DNA of 64,000 nucleotides from Alphaproteobacteria bacterium (GTDB lineage Bacteria; Pseudomonadota; Alphaproteobacteria; Bin95): NCBI GenBank assembly GCA_964291285.2, contig OZ219786.1, positions 256,001 to 320,000 of the forward strand, read 5' to 3'. Shown piece by piece: positions 57,701 to 64,000 of this stretch (position 1 is its first letter; each line of letters starts with the position of its first letter). The notes under the pieces were generated by a model. It saw only the letters and a program-made list of their open reading frames with translations, ran no database searches and was not told where the DNA came from. The position numbers and the translations under genes were made by a program.

Positions 57701-59119
57701 ATGCTTCGATATCCAAGAGACCTGCACGGTTACGGGTCCGAGCCGCCCGATCCGAGATGGCCCGGCGGCGCCCGGATCGCCGTCCAGTTCGTCATCAATT
57801 ACGAGGAAGGCGGCGAGAACTGCATCCTCCACGGCGACCCGGCCTCGGAAGCCTTCCTTTCCGAGATCGTGGGCGCCGCGCCATGGACCGGCCAGCGGCA
57901 CTGGAACATGGAGTCCATCTACGAATACGGCGCGCGGGCCGGGTTCTGGCGCCTTCACCGGCTGTTCACCGGATTGGACATCCCGGTCACGGTCTATGGC
58001 GTGGCGACGGCTCTGGCGTGCGCGCCCGCCCAGGTGGCGGCGATGCAGGCCGCCGGCTGGGAGATCGCAAGCCACGGCCTCAAATGGATCGAATACCGGG
58101 ACATGCCGCTCGAAGAGGAGCGCGAGCATCTGGAGCAGGCCGTTCAGCTGCACGCGGAAGTCACGGGCGAGCGGCCGCGCGGCTGGTATACGGGACGTTG
58201 CTCGGCGAATACCGTTGCACTCGCCGCCGAGGAAGGCGGTTTCGAATATATTTCAGATGCTTATACCGATGACCTGCCAAACTGGATTCGTATCGGCGGG
58301 CAAGACCAGTTGATGGTTCCCTACACGCTGGACGCCAACGACATGCGGTTCGCGGTGCCGCAGGGCTTCAATTCCGGCGACCAGTTCTTCACCTATCTGC
58401 GCGACAGTTTCGATGCGCTCTATGCCGAGGGCGAAGCGGGCAGCGCGAAAATGCTCTCGGTCGGCCTGCATTGCCGGCTCGTCGGACGCCCCGGCCGCAT
58501 CATGGCCCTGAAGCGGTTCATCGAATATGCGGCGGGGCACGAGGCCGTCTGGTTCGCCCGGCGCATCGACATCGCCCGCCACTGGCATGAGGTGCATCCG
58601 CCCCCGGTAGCCCGTGAGCGCCCGTCTTCGATGGACCGCGAAACCTTCGTTGCACGGTTCGGCGGCATTTTCGAGCACTCGCCCTGGGTCGCGGAGCGCG
58701 CCTGGGACGACGAGCTGGGGCCTGCGCATGACACCGCCGTCGGCATGCTGAGCGCGCTCGCGCGGAAATTCCGGTCCGCCGGCGAGGACGAGCGGCTCGG
58801 CGTGCTGAAGGCCCATCCCGACCTGGCGGGAAGGCTGGCGGCAGCCCGCCGGCTGACCGAGGCATCGGCGGCGGAACAGGCGTCCGCCGGGCTCGATGCG
58901 CTGACCGACGCCGAGCGCGCCCGCTTTACCGACCTGAACCGGGCCTATGTGGCGAAGCACGGATTTCCGTTCATCATCGCAGTGCGCGACCACGACAGGG
59001 CCGGCATCCTGCAAGCCTTCGAACAGCGTCTTGCAAACGATTCCGGGACGGAATTCGCCGAAGCGTGCCGGCAGGTCGAGCGTATCGCCGAACTGCGCCT
59101 CTCGGAGATGTTCGGCTAG
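57701..59119 (+). CDS. puuE: Allantoinase PuuE fused to OHCU decarboxylase (UraD)
   Basis: NYEEGGE, YEYGARAG, GLHCRLVGRP; C-terminal FEHSPWV, AHPDLAG, FPFIIAVR. Confidence 0.92.
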   Translation: MLRYPRDLHGYGSEPPDPRWPGGARIAVQFVINYEEGGENCILHGDPASEAFLSEIVGAAPWTGQRHWNMESIYEYGARAGFWRLHRLFTGLDIPVTVYGVATALACAPAQVAAMQAAGWEIASHGLKWIEYRDMPLEEEREHLEQAVQLHAEVTGERPRGWYTGRCSANTVALAAEEGGFEYISDAYTDDLPNWIRIGGQDQLMVPYTLDANDMRFAVPQGFNSGDQFFTYLRDSFDALYAEGEAGSAKMLSVGLHCRLVGRPGRIMALKRFIEYAAGHEAVWFARRIDIARHWHEVHPPPVARERPSSMDRETFVARFGGIFEHSPWVAERAWDDELGPAHDTAVGMLSALARKFRSAGEDERLGVLKAHPDLAGRLAAARRLTEASAAEQASAGLDALTDAERARFTDLNRAYVAKHGFPFIIAVRDHDRAGILQAFEQRLANDSGTEFAEACRQVERIAELRLSEMFG

Positions 59120-59132
59120 GAAGCCGCCCGGA

Positions 59133-60011
59133 CTACGCGGCCGCCGGACGGGCCGTATCGCGGACCTGGGTGCGGTGCATATGGCGCCGGCTGCCGGCGG
59201 GCAGCGTGTCGCGCCGGTGCAGCGTGCAGCGATTGTCCCAGATCACGAGGTCTCCCGCCTGCCAGTCCTGCGTCCAGACGAACCCGCAACGCTCGATATG
59301 CGCCCAGATTTCATCGAGCAGCGCATTGCTCTCATCATCCGGCAGACCGACGATCCAGGCGTTCGGGCGGCGGCCCACGCAGAGAGCCTTGCGGCCCGTC
59401 CCGGGATGGACGAGAACCAGCGGATGGATCGCCCCCGGGCGGTCTTCGTTCGAATAGTCTTCCTCGTAGCCGTGGCGAAGCCGGCCATCGGACGAACGCG
59501 TCGCGTCATGCTTGCAGGTCAGGCCTTCGACCCGTCGGCGCAGCGCGTCAGGCAGCGCGTCATAGGCCTTGTAAAGATTGTAGAATTGCGTGGCGCCGCC
59601 GACTTCCGGAACCTCGATGCCGTAGAGCAGGCTCGCCTTGGGCGGGATGTCGTTGTAGGTCATGTCCTGGTGCCAGACGAGTTCGGAATTGCCGAGCGCG
59701 CCGGCCGGCTTACCGTCCACGACGATATTGGACACCACGACGATCTCGGGCCGCTCGGGATTGAAGGGTTTGCCGCCGCGCCCCGTCGGCGCCATGTCCA
59801 GTTCGCCGAAGCGGCGCGAGAAGGCGGCGAGAGCGTCGTCATCGAGCGTCTGGCCCCGGAACCGCACCACCAGATGCTCGTGCCAGGCGTCCTCTATCCG
59901 GCGGAAATCGGCATCGCCCATATCCCGCGCGAGATCGATTCCGACGATGTCCGCACCGAGCGCGCCGCCTGTCGGCACCACACGAATGTCCGTAGCCGCC
60001 ATCCCGGCCAT
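59133..60011 (-). CDS. TauD/TfdA family dioxygenase
   Basis: WHQD, HPLVLVHP, WDNRCTLH. Confidence 0.92.
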   Translation of the reverse strand: MAGMAATDIRVVPTGGALGADIVGIDLARDMGDADFRRIEDAWHEHLVVRFRGQTLDDDALAAFSRRFGELDMAPTGRGGKPFNPERPEIVVVSNIVVDGKPAGALGNSELVWHQDMTYNDIPPKASLLYGIEVPEVGGATQFYNLYKAYDALPDALRRRVEGLTCKHDATRSSDGRLRHGYEEDYSNEDRPGAIHPLVLVHPGTGRKALCVGRRPNAWIVGLPDDESNALLDEIWAHIERCGFVWTQDWQAGDLVIWDNRCTLHRRDTLPAGSRRHMHRTQVRDTARPAAA

Positions 60012-60088
60012 GTCCGTCTCCCGATGTTGCCGGCGGCGACGGTAACGGAAGCCGGCAGGCAGGAAAAGTGCCGGCCGCTTCCCCGGCC

Positions 60089-61831
60089 CTACTCCACCGC
60101 CTTTACATGAACGGTCACGATGTCCGTGTCGTGATACTGCTGGTGGCGCACCGAGGAGGCGAGGTGCCGCAGCAGCCGGAGCGAGATTTCATGCTCCGCC
60201 GGCGTGCCGGCCGTATGCTCGCCAAGCAGGGCGATGCGATCCTCGAGGTTGCCGTCTTCGCCCGAGGCGACGATGAACTCCAGGACGGCGCTCCCGTCAT
60301 CGCGGGATGCCGAGAGGCGGAGACGCCGGGGCCGCCGCTCTCCTCTTTCGCCGCTCCCCTGCATGAGTGTCGCCAGCGCCTCTTCACCGATGGCGTCCAG
60401 CCGCTGCGCCGTATCCCCGGACCAGGCGTTCCGCGACGCGAATTGCCTGAGGAACTCGCTGACAGGCCGGAAAGCCGAATCGTCGAAGGCGGTTTCCATA
60501 CGTCTTCGGCGGGGCTTGGCCGCTTCCAGGCATATCGTCAGGAAAATGGCGGCGGCACCGCCGGCCGTCATGCCGTTCTGCAGCAGGCCGCCGGCGAACT
60601 CGGCGAAGAACTCCGGGAAGATCGCGCCGTTCTGGAAGCCGACGCCGATCCAGAAGGAAACGCCTACGACGATCCCCTTGCGGTAGTCGATGCCGTCCTG
60701 CACCACGATCCTCATGCCGACCACGAAGAGCATCGCCAGCAGCACGGTCGCGTAGGCGGCGACGACCGGGCCGGGAACGGCCAGCACGATCGCAAGCGCC
60801 TTCGGCAACAGCGCCAGCACAAGGAAAATCAGGCCGACGGCGACGCCGACGCGGCGCGCGGCCACACCGGTCAGTTCGGTCACGGATATGCTGGTCGAAT
60901 AGGTCGTGTTCGGGATCGTGCCGAACAGGCCCGACAGGAGGTTGCCCATCCCGTCCGCAGCGACCGCGCCTTCCACCGCCCGGTAGTCGACGGCCCGGCG
61001 CTCGCGCCAGGAAACATGCTGGATGGCGATGGAGTCCCCCACCGTCTCGATGGCGCCGACCAGGGTGACCAGCACGAATGCCGGAAGCAGCGTCCAGAAA
61101 GCCGGCCCGAAATCGAGGTCGAACCCCGGCCACCCTCCTTCGGGAAACCCGATCCACGCCGCGTCGGCAACGCGCGCGAAGTCGTATATGCCGAACGCGC
61201 CGCCTACCGCCGACCCGACCACGACCCCTATGACCGGCGCCCAGAGCCGCCAGACCCCGGTCGCGGCCAGCGCAATCGCCACGATGACGGCGATGGTGAC
61301 GCCGGCCGATACGGGAGCGGCGAGCGCCGGCGCGCCCTCCGGCGCCTTGTCCAGCATGTCGAAGATAATCGGCATGACCGTTACCGCGATCAGCATGATG
61401 ACGGTGCCTGCGACCGACGGCGTGAAGATGCGCCGCACCAGCGACAGGCGCGCCGCCAGCGCGAATTGGAAGAAAGATGAAATGACGACGAGCGTGGCGA
61501 GCAGCGCCGGCCCGCCTTGCGCCATCGCCCCGATGCACACGGCGATGAAGGCGCCGGAGGTGCCCATCAGCAGGACATAGCCGGCGCCGATGCGACCGAC
61601 GCGCACCGCCTGGACGATGGTCGTGACGCCGCACACCGCGACGGCCGCAAAGGCCGCCCATGAGAGGTAGGTGTCGCTTCCGCCGCCCGCCCGGATCACG
61701 ATGGACGGCGTGAGGACAATTCCGGCGATGGTGAGCATCGCCAGCTGCAGGCCGAGGCCGAACGCCAGCGGCGCCGGCGGTTTCTCGTCGGCGGCATACC
61801 GCACATGGCGGCCTGCTTCGCTCGTTTCCAT
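60089..61831 (-). CDS. NCS2 (xanthine/uracil) family permease with C-terminal cytoplasmic extension
   Basis: LGLQ, GTSGAF, IETVGD, ADGMG, LTGVAAR, NGMTAG. Confidence 0.85.
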   Translation of the reverse strand: METSEAGRHVRYAADEKPPAPLAFGLGLQLAMLTIAGIVLTPSIVIRAGGGSDTYLSWAAFAAVAVCGVTTIVQAVRVGRIGAGYVLLMGTSGAFIAVCIGAMAQGGPALLATLVVISSFFQFALAARLSLVRRIFTPSVAGTVIMLIAVTVMPIIFDMLDKAPEGAPALAAPVSAGVTIAVIVAIALAATGVWRLWAPVIGVVVGSAVGGAFGIYDFARVADAAWIGFPEGGWPGFDLDFGPAFWTLLPAFVLVTLVGAIETVGDSIAIQHVSWRERRAVDYRAVEGAVAADGMGNLLSGLFGTIPNTTYSTSISVTELTGVAARRVGVAVGLIFLVLALLPKALAIVLAVPGPVVAAYATVLLAMLFVVGMRIVVQDGIDYRKGIVVGVSFWIGVGFQNGAIFPEFFAEFAGGLLQNGMTAGGAAAIFLTICLEAAKPRRRRMETAFDDSAFRPVSEFLRQFASRNAWSGDTAQRLDAIGEEALATLMQGSGERGERRPRRLRLSASRDDGSAVLEFIVASGEDGNLEDRIALLGEHTAGTPAEHEISLRLLRHLASSVRHQQYHDTDIVTVHVKAVE

Positions 61832-61856
61832 TCCCCCTCCTGCCGGGCGGGACCGG

Positions 61857-62915
61857 CTAGAGCGCGTCGGCGATGGCGCGCCCGAGTTCGACCGTCGTGC
61901 CGTTGCCGCCCATGTCGGGGGTCAGCGGCCCGGCGCCGGTGAGGACCGTCTCGATGGCGCGTTCGATGGCCCTCGCCGCGTCCTCGTGGCCCAGATGCTC
62001 CAGCATCATCGCGCCGGACCAGATCTGGCCTATGGGATTTGCGATGCCCCGGCCTGCAATATCCGGCGCAGAGCCATGGACGGGCTCGAACATGGACGGC
62101 ATGTCGCCCGACGGGTTGATGTTGGAAGACGGTGCAATGCCGATGGACCCGGCAACGGCCGGACCGAGGTCCGAGAGGATGTCGCCGAACAGGTTCGACC
62201 CGACAACGACGTCGAACCAGTCCGGATGCTGGACGAAATGCGCCGTCAGGATGTCGATATGGTACTGGTCCGTTGCCACATCGGGATATTCGGCGGACAT
62301 GGCCCGGAAGCGCTCATCCCAGTAGGGCATGGTGTGGATGATGCCGTTGGACTTCGTGGCCGAGGTAACTTTCCGGCGCGGGCGCGTTTCCGCCAGCTCG
62401 AAGGCGTAACGCAGGATGCGGTCCACGCCGCGCCGGGTGAACACCGTTTCCTGAACCACCGTCTCCGCATCGGTGCCCTCGTAGAGCCGGCCGCCGATCT
62501 CCGAATACTCGCCCTCGCAATTCTCGCGGATGACGTAGAAGTCGATGTCGTCCGGCCCCCGGCCCGCCAGAGGCGAACGGATACCTTTCAGGAGGCGTAC
62601 CGGACGCAGGTTCACATACTGGTCGAAGCGACGGCGAATGGGGATCAGCAGGCCCCACAGCGATACATGGTCCGGCACCGTCGGCCAGCCGACGGCGCCG
62701 AGGAAAATCGCGTCGAACGCCGCCAGGCGGTCGAGGCCGTCCTCCGGCATCAGGCGGCCGGTCTCGGCGTAGCGCTCGCAGGACCAGTCGAAGGTCTCGA
62801 AGTCGAAATCGATGCCGAAACGCCGCCCGGCCGCTTCCAGAATCCCGATGCCTTCAGGCACGACTTCCTTGCCGATGCCGTCTCCCGGAATGGATGCAAT
62901 GCGATAGCGGGACAT
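61857..62915 (-). CDS. Tartrate dehydrogenase/decarboxylase (D-malate dehydrogenase)
   Basis: IPGDGIGKEV, DHVSLWGLL, ATKSNG, NLFGDILSD, FEPVHGSAPDIAG. Confidence 0.92.
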   Translation of the reverse strand: MSRYRIASIPGDGIGKEVVPEGIGILEAAGRRFGIDFDFETFDWSCERYAETGRLMPEDGLDRLAAFDAIFLGAVGWPTVPDHVSLWGLLIPIRRRFDQYVNLRPVRLLKGIRSPLAGRGPDDIDFYVIRENCEGEYSEIGGRLYEGTDAETVVQETVFTRRGVDRILRYAFELAETRPRRKVTSATKSNGIIHTMPYWDERFRAMSAEYPDVATDQYHIDILTAHFVQHPDWFDVVVGSNLFGDILSDLGPAVAGSIGIAPSSNINPSGDMPSMFEPVHGSAPDIAGRGIANPIGQIWSGAMMLEHLGHEDAARAIERAIETVLTGAGPLTPDMGGNGTTVELGRAIADAL

Positions 62916-63003
62916 GAGGCGCACTTTCCTGATCGGGACGCGCCGGTATCGATACGGCCCGCCGCATTGTCAACCCGTCCGCGCGGGTCTAAGAGGCCCG
63001 CCC

Positions 63004-63732
63004 ATGAATGACAGCCCCGCCGAACGAGCACTAACCGCCTTCCGGCAACGGATCGACCGCTGCGACCTCGCGATTCTGGAGAGTCTGCGCGAGCGGGCGC
63101 GGGTGGTCGAACTCGTCGGCGCGGACAAACGCGCCCGCGGCCTTGCCGATGTCTATCGCCCCGGACGCGAGGCCGCGCTGATGCGCCAGCTGGCCGCCGC
63201 CGACAGCACGCCCTTTCCGACCGCTTCATTGCTGAGCGTCTGGCGGGAGGTGATCGGAGCGAGCTTTACGATAGAGGGGCATCCGCTGCATGTCGTGAGC
63301 GGCAGCGCGAATGCCTGGGAACGCGCCCGGAACCATTTCCGTGCAGCCCGGCATTTCCGTGTTTCGGGCGCGCCCGCCGTCGTCCATGCCGTTGCCGCCG
63401 GCGAGGCCACTGTCGGCGTGGCGTCTCTCGACGATGACGAGCCCTGGTGGCCGTTGCTGGCCGAACTCGATCCTCCCCTCCACATTGTCGCCCGCCTTCC
63501 GTTCGCTCCCGGTCTCTACCCGGTAGGCGCGCCCGGCGCGCTCGTGATTGCGCGCAATCCGCCGGACCCGAGCGGCGACGACCTTGCCGTCGCCATTGCC
63601 GCCGAAGCCGCCGGCGAGATTCTGACCGCTTGCGGCGACCGATTTCTTGTTGCCGCAAGGGAGATCGGCGCCGATATGATCCCCGTCGGCGGCTATGCCG
63701 TTCCGATCGTTCTCAAGGAGACCGCAGGATGA
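63004..63732 (+). CDS. Chorismate mutase (alphaproteobacterial type)
   Basis: [20 protein letters not shown]; lies upstream of hisC. Confidence 0.85.
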   Translation: MNDSPAERALTAFRQRIDRCDLAILESLRERARVVELVGADKRARGLADVYRPGREAALMRQLAAADSTPFPTASLLSVWREVIGASFTIEGHPLHVVSGSANAWERARNHFRAARHFRVSGAPAVVHAVAAGEATVGVASLDDDEPWWPLLAELDPPLHIVARLPFAPGLYPVGAPGALVIARNPPDPSGDDLAVAIAAEAAGEILTACGDRFLVAAREIGADMIPVGGYAVPIVLKETAG

Positions 63733-64000
63733 CCGTGCCTGCCCCCCGCGCCGGCGTGCTGGAGATTGCGCCCTATGTCGGCGGCGAAAGCGACATCGAG
63801 GGCGTCGAGAATATCGTCAAGCTGTCGTCGAACGAAAACGCGCTCGGCCCCTCACCGCACGCGGCGGAGGCATTCTCCCGCCTCGCTTCCTCGCTGCACC
63901 TCTATCCGGACGGCGCTGCAGAGGAGCTTCGCGCCGCAATCGGGGAAGTCCATGACCTCGACCCGGCGCGCATCGTCTGCGGCTCAGGTTCGGACGAACT
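63729..64000 (+). CDS. hisC: Histidinol-phosphate aminotransferase (3' part outside the window)
   Basis: [34 protein letters not shown]. Confidence 0.92.
   Translation, partial: MTVPAPRAGVLEIAPYVGGESDIEGVENIVKLSSNENALGPSPHAAEAFSRLASSLHLYPDGAAEELRAAIGEVHDLDPARIVCGSGSDE

Noticed and set aside
1-64000. tRNA, rRNA, integrase, relaxase or oriT
   Set aside because: None recognisable by eye in this window.

Overview
High-GC window, probably from an alphaproteobacterium, with two distinct halves. Positions ~1-41400 hold a very GC-rich genomic island or ICE-like element, almost entirely on the minus strand and tightly translationally coupled. Read in transcription order (right to left), it carries an IncI/R64-like type IVb pilus operon (pilN, pilO, pilP, pilQ, pilR, two pilS, two pilV-like, prepilin peptidase, two TcpQ/PilL-like genes). 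This runs into a Dot/Icm (MPF-I, type IVB) secretion cluster (dotD, dotC, ssb, dotB, icmT, DsbG-like, two icmL, icmK, HU, icmE, icmC, icmD, icmB, two secreted proteins, dotA), which ends in a VirD4/TraG-type coupling protein. An IS5-family element splits pilN and a second IS truncates virD4. The most unusual part is a four-gene cassette between pilO and pilP: a secreted Cys/Pro-rich protein with a FrpC-like self-processing/Ca-binding module, a GNAT acyltransferase, a fatty-acid desaturase and a lipoprotein. Also notable are apparently leaderless duplicated major pilins and an array of paralogous small membrane proteins. The island's right edge truncates a host DHA2 MFS gene. Positions ~41400-64000 are ordinary chromosome: enoyl-CoA hydratase, an opine-oxidase/Hcn-like trio, acyl-CoA dehydrogenase, purB, tcuA, a purine-degradation cluster (allE, puuD, xdhAB, uraH, puuE-uraD), TauD, an NCS2 permease, tartrate dehydrogenase, chorismate mutase and hisC. 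All calls come from motif recognition by eye. Start codons were refined using stop/start overlaps, and no database searches were run.
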